64,000 nucleotides of DNA from Candidatus Eiseniibacteriota bacterium (GTDB lineage: Bacteria > Eisenbacteria > RBG-16-71-46 > DASYSL01), in NCBI GenBank assembly GCA_031413115.1, contig JANOEH010000047.1:703-64702 (forward strand), in the 5' to 3' direction. Within the stretch, counting starts at the first letter, position 1; the number at the start of each line of letters is the position of its first letter. Position numbers and translations under genes: made by a program. This document shows, in pieces, positions 46,884 through 57,995 of the stretch. The notes below the pieces were generated by a model that made no database searches, had not been told where the DNA came from, and saw only the letters and a list, made by a program, of their open reading frames with translations.

Positions 46884-47031
46884 CCGCGCGCTCTCCCTTG
46901 AACAGCCACGCCTGGACGGTCAGCGTCCACACCATGGCCAGCCGTTCCTCGGCCGTCGTGCCCTCGAGCCCGGACTCCAGGCCCTGATCTTCGAGCCTGG
47001 ATTTGTGGACCGGATAGTTGGTGCGCTCCAT
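46831..47031 (-). CDS. Small ORF overlapping the nucleotidyltransferase start; possible partner or antitoxin (speculative)
   Basis: 66 aa: MERTNYPVHKSRLEDQGLESGLEGTTAEERLAMVWTLTVQAWLFKG... Overlaps the downstream nucleotidyltransferase gene by 32-53 nt in another frame. Confidence 0.35.
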   Translation of the reverse strand: MERTNYPVHKSRLEDQGLESGLEGTTAEERLAMVWTLTVQAWLFKGERADESRLRRDVVRVLRHGS

Positions 47032-47085
47032 GGCTGCCCTCCGGCTCCTATTTTACTCCGAATCCGTTCCCGGGGACAGCATCGG

Positions 47086-47691
47086 TCACGCCCGCAGGCG
47101 CAGGCGGATCGCTTCCTTCGACGGCACCGTGACGCGCGCGCTCGCCGAGCCGAGCCGTGGATTCCACGCCCGAATCACGTACTGGCCACGGGGAAGGTGC
47201 GCCAGCAGGAACGAGCCGTCGCGCGCGGTGTTCGTGTTCCAGCGCTCGTCCGCAACCACGACGTAGAGGACTTCCGCGGGGTGCAGCTCGCAGAACACCT
47301 CGTACTCGCCAGGATGGGCGAACGAGGCGCGGCGGACCTGCCCCGGGCGATAGCGGCCCAGGTCGAAGCGGCCCTTCGGTGCGAGGCAGAATGCGTTGTG
47401 GTAGACGCGGTCGGCGTTGGCGAACTCGATGATCATGCCGGCCTGGACGGCGAGCACGCGCGGCTCGAAGCGACCGCCCTGCTGGGTCACGTGGGCGGTG
47501 TCGGTCGGCGCCCTCGATGCACGCTCCTTGACCGGCCACGCCTGGACGACGGTGTCGGGCGACGGCGGGTGGACCCTTCCGGCGACCGAGCCCCTGGTGG
47601 CGCAGCCGCCGAGCAACGTGCCGACGAGCGCGATCAGCGCCGCGGTCGAACGCAGGCGCCCCGGTCCTGGAATGCTCCGAATCGAGTCCAT
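47086..47691 (-). CDS. Lipoprotein with cupredoxin-like/beta-sandwich domain
   Basis: LIALVGTLLGGC lipobox. IEFANADRVYHNAF...YEVFCELHP has possible Cu-ligand His/Cys spacing. Function uncertain. Confidence 0.55.
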   Translation of the reverse strand: MDSIRSIPGPGRLRSTAALIALVGTLLGGCATRGSVAGRVHPPSPDTVVQAWPVKERASRAPTDTAHVTQQGGRFEPRVLAVQAGMIIEFANADRVYHNAFCLAPKGRFDLGRYRPGQVRRASFAHPGEYEVFCELHPAEVLYVVVADERWNTNTARDGSFLLAHLPRGQYVIRAWNPRLGSASARVTVPSKEAIRLRLRA

Positions 47692-47764
47692 TCGATCCCC
47701 TCCCCCGGAGGTATCGGCACGTTCGGGGGAGGGGTCCAGCGGGAACTCATGGCCGGATCGGGCG

Positions 47765-48980
47765 CTACTCCTTCGCCCAGCGCAGGAGCTCCGGCAGGTT
47801 GATCTCCTTGCCGTACATGAGCATGCCCACCCGGATCGCCGTGCCCGCGAGGATGCGCATGAAGTGGGTCGCCGCGATCAGCAGCAAGAGCGCGCCCATC
47901 CACTCCCACGTCGGCGCGGCCTTGAGGGCGATGCGCGCCGGCATGAGCATCGGCGCGAAGAAGGGGATCCACGACAGGACGACCGCGAGCATCGATTCGG
48001 GTTTCTCGAGGATCGTCTCGATGAAGATGAACGGGATGACCGGGATGAAGTAGAAGTACGCTTGCACGCGCGACGTCGACTGCATGTCCTTGATCGTCGC
48101 CAGGATCGTCGCGAACATCGACACGTAGAACGCGAACCCGAAGAAGAGGAACAGCAGGTAGGCCGCGATCGACGCCGGGCTCACCGCCGGCGGCAGCTGC
48201 CACGAGGAGAACACCGCGAACAGCAGGGCCGAACCGCCCCAGATGACGGCCATCAGCATGCCGATGCCGACGAAGGCGATGAGCTTCCCGTCCATCCACG
48301 CCTGCGGTCGGATCGCCGAGACGATGACCTCGGTGACGCGTGCCTGCTTCTCGCCGGTGATGCCCACCGCCAGGTACGCCGCCGTGGCGTAGATCGTGAT
48401 CAGCAACAGGATCACCAGCGCCAGCGCCGCGATCATGTCGCCCTTCGAGGTCTTCGCCTCGGGGCGCGTCAGTGTCTCGGCGATGGGGACCCGCGCGTCG
48501 ATCGCGGTGAGTCCGGCCGCATCGACACCCGCGGCGCGCCCCCGCTCGAGGCGCGCCAGCTCGGTGAGCGGCTCGCGCACGGTGCGCACCCAGCCGGGCC
48601 GCGAGCGCTTGGTCAGCACCCGGATCGAGTCGCCCGTAGCGAAGCCGGTGGGTACGAGGACGGCGCCGTCGTAGGTCTTCGCCTCGATCGCGGCCGTGAG
48701 CGCCGCGGGTTCGGCCTCAGCACCGGCGACGACCGTCCACTGCACGGTCTTCAGCGTGTCGAGCGCCGGCAGCTTCACGCCGATGCCGGGTGCGCCCGAG
48801 GAGAACGCGAGCTTTACCGGCTCGTTTGCCGCGCGGTTCGCGATCCAGCCCGCGCCGAACGACAGGCCGACCGACAGGAGCGGCATGAGCACGAGCGAGA
48901 CGAGGAAGTCGCCGCGGCGCACGACGCGCAGGAACTCGAAGCGGGCGACGGGCCACCACTCGGGACGGTTCACGCGGGCG

Positions 48981-48997
<17 letters not shown>
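47765..48997 (-). CDS. ABC-2-family transporter permease
   Basis: N-terminal TM helix, large extracytoplasmic loop, then five C-terminal TM helices (ABC-2 topology). Confidence 0.85.
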
Positions 48998-49981
<984 letters not shown>

Positions 49982-49985
<4 letters not shown>

Positions 49986-50296
49986 GAAGAGAATTCTCCC
50001 GTGAGGTACAGGACGGCAAGGCCGAGCAGGATGGACGCGATGGCGACGATGAGCGCCCAACGCTGCCGCGTCCGCATGGCTTCGTAGCGTACGGGATTCA
50101 CGAAGTACGAGCCCGCCTCGGTGCGCACGACCAGCCCGGAGGTAACGGCGGCTTCCAACCCCCGGCGTTCGGGACCGTTCCTCGGCTCGTAGGGGCGCGC
50201 CGACCACTGCGAGGTTGCGCCGTCGCGGAACAGCTGCCCCGCCACGCGGCACTTGCGTGCCTCGGACGACGAGCCGGCGACGACCACGACGGCCAT
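49982..50296 (-). CDS. Small protein with C-terminal TM helix (putative, ATGA-coupled to the ABC ATPase)
   Basis: ...VNPVRYEAMRTRQRWALIVAIASILLGLAVLYL. Atypical N-terminal composition. Confidence 0.35.
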
Positions 50297-50299
50297 GGC

Positions 50300-50605
50300 C
50301 TAGCGCTCCTGCACGACGACGATGCCGCCGGAGAGCTTGGTCTCGTGCCCGGCGCTGTCGAGGAACGCGATGATGCCGGTGCGCGAGGTCTCGATGTAGG
50401 TCTTGGCGTTCCAGCGTCCCATCAGCCCCCCGTGGAGGTCGTACAGCGAGATCGTGCGATTCAGCCCCTCGGTGCCGGACTCCCAGTGCTTGCCGGCCTT
50501 GTCGAGGCGCTGGCAGCCGGAGAGGACAGCTGCCGCGATGGCGATCGCGACAATGAGGAGGACGCCGATGCCCTGCAAGGGGTTCTTCAATCCGCAGCCG
50601 CTCAT
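50300..50605 (-). CDS. Small membrane-anchored/lipoprotein-like protein
   Basis: [31 protein letters not shown]... RBS ggagg. ATGA coupling with the upstream Arc gene. Confidence 0.5.
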   Translation of the reverse strand: MSGCGLKNPLQGIGVLLIVAIAIAAAVLSGCQRLDKAGKHWESGTEGLNRTISLYDLHGGLMGRWNAKTYIETSRTGIIAFLDSAGHETKLSGGIVVVQER

Positions 50606-50808
50606 GATTCCTCCGTCGATGGATCTTCGGGGTTCGTGACTTCGGCCCGCCGCACCGTGCGGCCGGTGTCCTTCAACGCCTGCGCGAGCAGGTACTCGAT
50701 CTGTCCGTTCACCGAGCGTAGCTCGTCGGCCGCCCACTTCTCCAGGGCGCCATAGAGTTCGGGCGGCACGCGCAGCAGGAACGACTTGCGCGCGGCCATC
50801 TCACCCAC
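50602..50808 (-). CDS. Arc/MetJ-type ribbon-helix-helix DNA-binding protein
   Basis: [33 protein letters not shown] matches the Arc-family ribbon-helix-helix fold. Confidence 0.65.
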   Translation of the reverse strand: MGEMAARKSFLLRVPPELYGALEKWAADELRSVNGQIEYLLAQALKDTGRTVRRAEVTNPEDPSTEES

Positions 50809-51678
50809 CTACTGGTGCAGGGTGCCGGCGTTGATCACCGGGCTCACCGAGTGATCGCCGCACAAGACGACGAGAAGGTTCGACACCATCGCGGCCTTCT
50901 TCTCCTCGTCGAGCTGGACGATGTTCTTCGACGACAGGCGCTCCAGGGCCATCTCAACCATGCCCACGGCGCCCTCGACGATCCGCGTGCGGGCCGCGAC
51001 GACCGCGCCGGCCTGCTGGCGGCGCAGCATGGCGCTGGCGATCTCGGGGCCGTACGCCAGGTGCGACAGGCGCGACTCGAGGATCTCGACGCCGGCCTTG
51101 TCGAGGCGCACCTGCAGCTCGGTGCGCAGCGCCTCGGAGATGTGGTCCATGTTGCCGCGCAGCGAGACGGTCTCGTCGTCGTGCGCGTCGTACGTGTACT
51201 GGCTCGCCAGGTGGCGGACGGCGGTCTCGCTCTGGACGGCGACGAACTGCTCGTAGGTGTCGACGTCGAACACGGCCTGCGCCGAGTCGCGCACGCGCCA
51301 GACGACCACGGCCGCGATCTCGACCGGGTTGCCGTCCTTGTCGTTGACCTTGAGCTTCTCGCCGTTGAGCGAGCGCACGCGCAGCGAGAGCTTCTTCTTG
51401 CTGGCGATCGGGTTGGTCCACCACCAGCCGTCGTCGTGCACCGAGCCCACGTACTTGCCGAGCAGGATGATGACCTCGGCCTGGTTCGGCTGGACGGTGA
51501 AGAAGCCGTTGAGCGAGACGCTGGCGACGGTGACGAGGAGTGCGACCGCCGCGATGCGGAATCCGATGGGTCCGGCAACCGGACTGGCGATCACGAACCA
51601 GGTCAGGGCGAGCATGGCGAGGACGATCAGGAGCCCGACCATTCCGGGCAGCGGGTGAGCCTTCGTTTCACGGGTCAT
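50809..51678 (-). CDS. SPFH/band-7 (stomatin/flotillin-like) membrane protein
   Basis: Two N-terminal TM helices. SPFH core [10 protein letters not shown]...[10 protein letters not shown]...[26 protein letters not shown] aaggagg before ATG 51678. Confidence 0.85.
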   Translation of the reverse strand: MTRETKAHPLPGMVGLLIVLAMLALTWFVIASPVAGPIGFRIAAVALLVTVASVSLNGFFTVQPNQAEVIILLGKYVGSVHDDGWWWTNPIASKKKLSLRVRSLNGEKLKVNDKDGNPVEIAAVVVWRVRDSAQAVFDVDTYEQFVAVQSETAVRHLASQYTYDAHDDETVSLRGNMDHISEALRTELQVRLDKAGVEILESRLSHLAYGPEIASAMLRRQQAGAVVAARTRIVEGAVGMVEMALERLSSKNIVQLDEEKKAAMVSNLLVVLCGDHSVSPVINAGTLHQ

Positions 51679-51700
51679 GAGATGCGGTTCCTCCTTTCGG

Positions 51701-51859
51701 TGATTCCATTGTAATATCATATTGGAATCATCGTCCAGAAAAATCGGTGACTTGAGAGAATAATTTCGGAAGAAAACCAGGTTGCCCGCCAGCCTCCGGC
51801 GGGCCGGCAACGGGCCCTGACAACAACTTGGCTTGTAATAGACCGGTCGTCTAGTAGAC
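51701..51859. promoter_or_regulatory. Divergent promoter/operator region with palindromes (candidate TetR operators)
   Basis: 30-bp imperfect palindrome TGATTCCAttgtaatatcatatTGGAATCA (51701-51730) in an AT-rich patch. GACCGGTC and GTCTAgTAGAC palindromes at 51841-51859. GCCCGCC-N7-GGCGGGC hairpin at 51784-51804. Confidence 0.5.
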
Positions 51860-51868
51860 TGCACCTCC

Positions 51869-52549
51869 ATGAACGAACCCGTCGACGCCCCACTCCACGT
51901 CACCCCCGCCACCCGCAAGGGCGAGGAGACCCGCGAGCGGATCCTGGCCGTGGCCCGCGATCTGATCCACCAGCACGGGTTCAAGCAGACCGGCCTGGCG
52001 GACATCCTGGCGGCGAGCCGGGTGCCCAAGGGCTCGTTCTACTTCTACTTCCGCAGCAAGGAAGAGCTCGCGACGGAGTTGCTCCGCCAGCACCGGGTCA
52101 CCTATCGCGAGGCGATGGAACGCGACGTCTTTCCACCGGGCGGCGAGACGATCCCGCAGCTCGTGGCGTTCTTCCGCGGCTCGGCGCAGCGGCAGGCGGA
52201 CGCCGGCTGCAAGTCGGGATGCCTGCTCGGCAATCTGGCTGCCGAGATCGGCGACCTCCACGAGGACCTGAGACGCGAGGTCGTCGCCAGCTTCCTCGAG
52301 ATGCGCCAGGCCTTGACCTGTGTCCTCGCGCGCGGGCAGGCCCGCGGCGAACTGAAGACCGACTTCGCGCCGGATCAGGCGGCGGAGTTCCTGATGTCGG
52401 TGATGGAGGGATCGATCCTTCTCGCCAAGGTGCGGCGCGAACCGGCGGCCTTTGCCGCAGTCGAGTTCTCGCTGGCCCGTTACCTGGAGACGTTGCGCAA
52501 CCCGGCGCCGCCGCATTCGGCCGGCCCCACGAACGGAGGGATCGCATGA
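51869..52549 (+). CDS. TetR/AcrR-family transcriptional regulator
   Basis: TRERILAVARDLIHQHGFKQTGLADILAASRVPKGSFYFYFRSKEEL TetR N-terminal HTH. Confidence 0.9.
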   Translation: MNEPVDAPLHVTPATRKGEETRERILAVARDLIHQHGFKQTGLADILAASRVPKGSFYFYFRSKEELATELLRQHRVTYREAMERDVFPPGGETIPQLVAFFRGSAQRQADAGCKSGCLLGNLAAEIGDLHEDLRREVVASFLEMRQALTCVLARGQARGELKTDFAPDQAAEFLMSVMEGSILLAKVRREPAAFAAVEFSLARYLETLRNPAPPHSAGPTNGGIA

Positions 52550-53262
52550 TCGCGACCACGTTGCGGATCGAGACCGACGAACAGCTCGTCGAGCGTGCGC
52601 AGGCCGGCGAATCGGCCGCGTTCGACGAACTGGCGCGGCGCTACACGAACATCGTCTACCGGATCCTGTACAAGATCCTGCGTCACGACGAGGACACGCA
52701 GGACGCGCTGCAGGACACGTTCGTCAGCGCGTACCGCGCGATGCCGCGCTTCCGCAAGGACGCCAGGTTCTCGACCTGGATCTATCGCATCGCCACCAAC
52801 GCGGCGCTGATGAAGGCGCGCGCGCGGAAGACGAACCTCGTCTCGCTGGATCATCCGACGGATGACGACGACGCGCGTCACGCGTGGGACCTGCCCGACC
52901 GGAAGGCGACGCCGGACCAGGACATCCTGTCCGACGAGACGCGCCGGGTGATGGAAGCGGCGATCCAGGCGCTGCCGGCCGAGCAGCGGGCCGCGTTCGT
53001 GCTGCACGACATGCAGGAACTGTCGAGCGCGCAGACCGCCGAGGCGATGGGAATCACGGTGTCCGCCGTGAACTCGCGCCTGCACCGTGCGCGCGTGTTC
53101 CTGCGCGACCGCATCGGCCGCTACGTGCGCGAGCCGGAGCCGGCGACGTGGCGCAAGCTGGATCCCGCGACGGCGGCGAAGGCCGCGCGCCTCACGCGCG
53201 TGGTCGATCGCACGGAACGCGCCGCCGAAGCGATCCGCGAGGCGCGACGCACGGCGGCCTGA
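52546..53262 (+). CDS. ECF sigma factor (third) with ~60-aa C-terminal extension, ATGA-coupled to the TetR gene
   Basis: ALQDTFVSAYRAMPRFRKDARFSTWIYRIATNAAL (region 2). AFVLHDMQELSSAQTAEAMGITVSAVNSRLHRARVFL (region 4). Extra tail ...EPEPATWRKLDPATAAKAARLTRVVDRTERAAEAIREARRTAA. Confidence 0.8.
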   Translation: MIATTLRIETDEQLVERAQAGESAAFDELARRYTNIVYRILYKILRHDEDTQDALQDTFVSAYRAMPRFRKDARFSTWIYRIATNAALMKARARKTNLVSLDHPTDDDDARHAWDLPDRKATPDQDILSDETRRVMEAAIQALPAEQRAAFVLHDMQELSSAQTAEAMGITVSAVNSRLHRARVFLRDRIGRYVREPEPATWRKLDPATAAKAARLTRVVDRTERAAEAIREARRTAA

Positions 53263-53341
53263 CCACCGGCGGATTCCGCACACACGACACCCTGAAGCCC
53301 CGGCGCGCCGCGCGCAACGGGGCTTCTGCTATGTTCCGGCA

Positions 53342-53995
53342 ATGCGCATTCCCGTCTATCTCGAAGTCGGCGCCCGGGGCGCGACCCGCGCCTGGGTACT
53401 GACGCTGCCCGGCGTGGCGGTCGATGCAGCTTCGCCGGAGGCGGCGCTCTTGGCCGTGCCTACGACCGTCGCTGCCGAGATTGCGCTCCTCGCACAGGGC
53501 GGACATCCGTGGGCTCACGCCCAAGAGCATCTCGAGTTTGTCGAGACCGAACGCGTCGACACCAATGTCGGACTCGAGGAAGGCTCGGCCCGCGCGCTCT
53601 TCAAGTGGGACCTGCGGCCGACCAAGCCGGAGGACGTCGCTGCTGCGCTCGCGCGCATCGAGATCGCCCGCCGCGCGATCGAGGCCGCCGTCGCCGGGAC
53701 GCCCGACGCGACGGTCGTCGAGTCCCCGGTCGGATCGCGCCTGATCGCGCTGTCGGGATCGATGCTGTGGCTCCTGTCGCGCCTCGGCTCCAAGCCGACG
53801 GGCACGCTGCCGCAGGAGCCGTTGCCGCGCTTCGTCGGCGCCGAGCAGATCGCGATCGACCGACTGAACAACCTGCTGCCCGGCGACCTCGAGCGGCACG
53901 CGGTGTTCCTCGGGGAACCATGGACGACCCGGAAGGTGCTGCGGCGGCTCGCCTGCCTGGTGCGTGCGGAGTCGCTCGCGACGGTTGCGCCATGA
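53342..53995 (+). CDS. Hypothetical protein
   Basis: Coherent ORF with non-biased composition. ATG 53342. ATGA-coupled to the downstream oxidoreductase. No recognisable motif. Confidence 0.5.
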   Translation: MRIPVYLEVGARGATRAWVLTLPGVAVDAASPEAALLAVPTTVAAEIALLAQGGHPWAHAQEHLEFVETERVDTNVGLEEGSARALFKWDLRPTKPEDVAAALARIEIARRAIEAAVAGTPDATVVESPVGSRLIALSGSMLWLLSRLGSKPTGTLPQEPLPRFVGAEQIAIDRLNNLLPGDLERHAVFLGEPWTTRKVLRRLACLVRAESLATVAP

Positions 53996-55242
53996 ACGTC
54001 GTGCATCCGGTGATCGTCGTGGGCGCCGGAGCGGCCGGGCTGATGGCTGCCATCGCCGCCGCGAAGCACGGTGCGCGCGTCATCCTGCTCGAGGGCACGA
54101 CTCACGTCGGAACGAAGATCCTCATGTCCGGCGGCACGCGCTGCAACGTCACCCACGACGTGATCACGCCCGCCGACTACCACGGCGGCTCGCGCAACGT
54201 CGTGGCGCGGCTATTGCGCGAGTTCTCGCACCTCGACACGCTGCGCTTCTTCGAGGACGAGCTGCACGTGCCGCTCAAGCGCGAGGACACGGGCAAGCTG
54301 TTCCCGGTCTCCGACGACGCACAGCAGGTGGTCGACGCGCTGGTGGCGCACTTGACCGAGCTGGGCGGCTCGATCTGGACGGGTCGCAAGGTCACCTCGA
54401 TCGAGCGCCTGGCCGACGGCACGTATCGCCTCGTCACCGACGTCGCGCCCATCCATGCGCACGCCGTGATCGTCACGACCGGCGGGCTGTCGTTCCCGCG
54501 CACCGGTTCCGACGGCACCGGCTACGGGCTCGTCCAATCGCTCGGCCACACGCTCACGCGCACCTCGCCCGCGCTCACGCCGCTCGTGGCGTACAGCGGT
54601 GGCATGCACGAGCGCCTGCGCGGCGTCACGCTGCCCGTGGCGTTGACGGTGCTCACGGGCGCGAACCGCAAGCGCTTCTGGCAGGGCGCAGGCTCGTTCC
54701 TGTTCACGCACTTCGGCTACAGCGGACCCGTCGCGCTGGATGCGAGCCGTCACTTTGCGCGCGAGTCGTGGGACGGACCGGTCGCCGTGATCGCCAACTT
54801 TCTCCCCGAGGTCACGAGCGAGGCGTTCGAACGCGAGCTCATGCTCGCCATCGAACACGAGCCGCGCCGCACGCTGCCTGCGCTCCTGCGCGGTCGCATT
54901 CCCGAAAGCCTCGTCGGCGAGTTGCTGGCGCTCGTCGAGATCGAGCCGGAGCGCCCGCTGTCGCGGATCTCGCGCGACGAACGCCGCGCGATCGTCGCGG
55001 CGGTGACCGCAAACGAGCTGCCCGTGCTCGAGGTGATGGGCTATCGCAAGGCCGAGGTCACCGCCGGCGGCGTGCCCGTCTCGGAAGTGGACCCCCGCAC
55101 GCTCGGATCCCGCCTCTCGCCGGGGCTCTATCTGGCGGGAGAGATCCTCGACGTCGACGGGCGATTGGGCGTTTACACCTTCCAGTGGGCCTGGTCGACG
55201 GGGTGGGTGGCGGGAAGGGGGGTGGCCCGAGGAGACGTTTGA
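53992..55242 (+). CDS. HI0933/BaiN-like FAD-dependent oxidoreductase (aminoacetone-oxidase-family flavoprotein)
   Basis: VIVVGAGAAGLMAAIAAAKHGARVILLEG Rossmann motif. ...GGTRCNVTH...YLAGEILDVDGRLGVYTFQWAWSTGWVAG C-terminus. Confidence 0.85.
   Translation: MNVVHPVIVVGAGAAGLMAAIAAAKHGARVILLEGTTHVGTKILMSGGTRCNVTHDVITPADYHGGSRNVVARLLREFSHLDTLRFFEDELHVPLKREDTGKLFPVSDDAQQVVDALVAHLTELGGSIWTGRKVTSIERLADGTYRLVTDVAPIHAHAVIVTTGGLSFPRTGSDGTGYGLVQSLGHTLTRTSPALTPLVAYSGGMHERLRGVTLPVALTVLTGANRKRFWQGAGSFLFTHFGYSGPVALDASRHFARESWDGPVAVIANFLPEVTSEAFERELMLAIEHEPRRTLPALLRGRIPESLVGELLALVEIEPERPLSRISRDERRAIVAAVTANELPVLEVMGYRKAEVTAGGVPVSEVDPRTLGSRLSPGLYLAGEILDVDGRLGVYTFQWAWSTGWVAGRGVARGDV
55175..55232. repeat. Copy A of a ~58-bp direct repeat (genuine 3' end of the oxidoreductase gene)
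   Basis: acaccttccagtgggcctggtcgacggggtgggtggcgggaagggggg... about 45/48 identical to 57815-57873. Confidence 0.8.
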
Positions 55243-55338
55243 GTGAGCGGGTCAAACGTATGGGCGGTTCTTCCACCAGCTGGTCTACGAAGCGCTGCGT
55301 CTCGAAGGTGCCGAGCTACACCAGGAATCGCGTCCACC

Positions 55339-57654
55339 TCACCCGTCGAGTCCCATCTTCTTCAGGAACGCGCCCCACCGCGGATCGCCGTGAAGAGAGC
55401 GGTAGACCGGCGCCGTCTTTATTTCGGCGAGACCACCATCGCGTTGAACGTAGGCTCTTTCAAGCCACTCAAACGCGGCGTCCGCTTCTCCGCGCGCTGC
55501 GTGCACCTCTGCAATCTGACAGGCAAAATCTCCCGCGTACTTGTCCTTCAGTTGACCAAGTGCCGCGTCGGACTCCACTCGGTGACCCAGGGCGTAGTGC
55601 ACGATTGCCAGTGCCCAGAGGCGAGCACTTTCAAGCGACTCCCGTAGTGCCTCGGCGACAGCCTCCTCGCTCTTCATCCGCGCGATCAGGGTCACTGAGA
55701 GGAGCGCGCGCGTCCAAACCCTCTGAGGAGCGAGCTCGAGAGACTTGCCGTACGCAGCCTCCGCCTCTGTGAAGCGATCTGCGGCGTGGAGAGCCAATCC
55801 GAGGTTGTGATAGTTCGCGACACTCAGCGGGTCCTGCTCGATTGCCCTGCGATGGAGCGTAATCGCATCCTCGAGACGGCCCAGGTTGGCGGCCAGGCCT
55901 CCCGCCGAGCGAAGCGCTATCGCATTGCCGGGTGACAGCTGCTGTGCGCGCGTGAACGATACTTCTGCACCCCGAAAATCCCAGTCGTAACTCATCTGGA
56001 CCATTCCCATTTGCGAGTGTCCCTCAGCGAGATCGGGCTCGAGTTGGAGGGCTCGGAGCGCTGCCTCTCTGGCATGGGCAACGCCTTCTGCCAAGGGCGC
56101 CCACCCCACATTTACTTCCTGTATGTAGGCCCGGCTCAGCTCCGCCCAGGCAAGCGCGAACTCCGGTTCGAGCTCCAGCGCGTGTTTCAGGTACTCGATT
56201 CCCTTCGCCAGGTCCTCGCGATCGAGCCGGTCGATGAGATACCGCGCCTGAAGGAAGAGCCGGTGCGCCTCGGGGTGGGTCCCGCGCCCCCTCGCCGCCT
56301 TGGCTACCTCCGCCTTGGCCCACCCGCTCGCCTCGGAATCGGCGGCTTCGCCGAGCAGCGTGGTGCGCAGCTCCTTCACCACCGAGTGCGCGATGTCGTC
56401 CTGCACCGCAAAGATATCCTCCAGGGTGCGGTCGTAAATCTCCGACCACAGCTGTGAGCTCGAGGCGACACTCACCAGCTGTACCGAAATGCGCACTCGG
56501 TTCCCGGCTTTGCGAACGCTGCCTTCGAGCACCGTCGCGACGTCGAGCGCCTTCCCCACTTCGGCGATCGTCGTGTCCTTGCCCTTGAAGTGGAACGATG
56601 ACGTTCGCGCCGTGACGCGTAGGCCCTTGATCTTGGCGAGGGTGTTGAGCAGCTCGTCGGCGAGGCCGTCGGAGAAGTACTCGTCGTCGGCGCTCGCGCT
56701 GCGGTTGACGAACGGCAGTACCGCGATCGAGGCGATCTTGTCCGACTTCTGGCGCGGCGCCGACTCGCCGCGCTCGAGCGTTCGCCGCACCGACCGCAGC
56801 TCGTTCAACACGTCCTGCGCAGTCTGGAAGCGCTCGCGCGGACTCTTCTCAAGGCAGCGCTCGACGATGTGCACCAGCTCACCTGGGAGGTCCGCGCGCA
56901 GGCTCCTGAGCGACGGCGGGCTGTCCCGGAGAATCGCCGAGCCGATGTCGACGCTGCTCTGCCCGGTGAACGGTCGCGTCCCCCCGGCCAGTTCGTAGAT
57001 CACGATTCCGAGCGAGAAGAGATCGGTGCGCGCGTCCACGAGTTCACCTCGGATCTGCTCGGGCGCCATGTAGGGCATCGTGCCCACGACCTGCCCGACC
57101 TCCGAGAGGGGTGCCGCCAGCGTCGCCGCTTGAGTGGCGTTCACGTCGGATCGGGTCTGCGCCAACTTGGCCAGCCCGAAGTCCAGCACCTTGACGCGTC
57201 CCTCGCGCGTCACCATCACGTTCGCCGGCTTCAGGTCGCGGTGCACCACTCCCTTCTCGTGCGCCGCCACCAGGGCGTCGGCCAGCGACATTCCGAGGTC
57301 GAGGATCTGGGCGAGCGGCAACCCGCCGGGAGTGACGAGGTCGGCGAGGCTCCGCCCTTCGACCAGCTCCATGGTGAGGAAGCGGATGCCGCCGTCTTCC
57401 TCGACGGAGTGGAGGACCACGATGTTCGGGTGGTTGAGGCCGGCCACGGTCGTCGCTTCGCGCTCGAGGCGCGCGAGGCGGTCGGGGGACGACGTCACGT
57501 CGGCGGGCAGGACCTTGATCGCGATGTCGCGCTTGAGGCGCGGGTCGCGGGCAAGGTAGACCTCTCCCATGCCCCCTGCGCCGAGGGGGGCGAGGATCTC
57601 GTAGGGGCCGAGGCGGGATCCGAGAGTCAGTGGCATCGAGGGAATGTACCCCAT
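55339..57654 (-). CDS. Ser/Thr protein kinase with TolB-N-like linker domain and C-terminal TPR repeats
   Basis: GAGGMGEVYLARD, HRDLKPANVMV and DFGLAK. Mid-region FVNRSASADDEYFSDGLADEL, typical of kinase/cyclase-TPR fusions. Multiple TPR repeats. Paralogous kinase domain to the one at 11833-14703. Confidence 0.9.
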   Translation of the reverse strand: MGYIPSMPLTLGSRLGPYEILAPLGAGGMGEVYLARDPRLKRDIAIKVLPADVTSSPDRLARLEREATTVAGLNHPNIVVLHSVEEDGGIRFLTMELVEGRSLADLVTPGGLPLAQILDLGMSLADALVAAHEKGVVHRDLKPANVMVTREGRVKVLDFGLAKLAQTRSDVNATQAATLAAPLSEVGQVVGTMPYMAPEQIRGELVDARTDLFSLGIVIYELAGGTRPFTGQSSVDIGSAILRDSPPSLRSLRADLPGELVHIVERCLEKSPRERFQTAQDVLNELRSVRRTLERGESAPRQKSDKIASIAVLPFVNRSASADDEYFSDGLADELLNTLAKIKGLRVTARTSSFHFKGKDTTIAEVGKALDVATVLEGSVRKAGNRVRISVQLVSVASSSQLWSEIYDRTLEDIFAVQDDIAHSVVKELRTTLLGEAADSEASGWAKAEVAKAARGRGTHPEAHRLFLQARYLIDRLDREDLAKGIEYLKHALELEPEFALAWAELSRAYIQEVNVGWAPLAEGVAHAREAALRALQLEPDLAEGHSQMGMVQMSYDWDFRGAEVSFTRAQQLSPGNAIALRSAGGLAANLGRLEDAITLHRRAIEQDPLSVANYHNLGLALHAADRFTEAEAAYGKSLELAPQRVWTRALLSVTLIARMKSEEAVAEALRESLESARLWALAIVHYALGHRVESDAALGQLKDKYAGDFACQIAEVHAARGEADAAFEWLERAYVQRDGGLAEIKTAPVYRSLHGDPRWGAFLKKMGLDG

Positions 57655-57810
57655 CGTGCGTCGCTGGTCCGGACTGTGTCAGTTTTGTGCTAGAACCATC
57701 CGCCAGCGAGGGAGACTACGCGTCACCATCGGACTCCACGTCCTCGGGCAACGTATTCTGTAGCGCGCTCTGTGGCGTCGATCGTGTCCAATGGTTCCTC
57801 CCCGATGCTC

Positions 57811-57873
57811 CTGTACAACTTCCAGTGGGCGTGGTCGACGGGGTGGGTTGCGGGACGGGGGGCCGCGACGTAG
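57811..57873 (+). pseudogene. Copy B of the direct repeat: a remnant 3'-end fragment of the FAD-oxidoreductase gene (encodes LYNFQWAWSTGWVAGRGAAT*)
   Basis: ctgtacaacttccagtgggcgtggtcgacggggtgggttgcgggacgggggg... in frame to a TAG stop. Near-identical to the true gene end at 55175-55242 but with no upstream coding context. Confidence 0.5.
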
Positions 57874-57995
57874 GCTTCCCCCCTCGGTGGTCGTCGTGCC
57901 CGGCTGCGGGCCGATCGGCCTCCCGGTCCGCCGGATGGTCTCGCCCTGTTCGCCCGGCTCACCCCGATCGTAGGAGAGCTACGGGAGGTTCGCGC

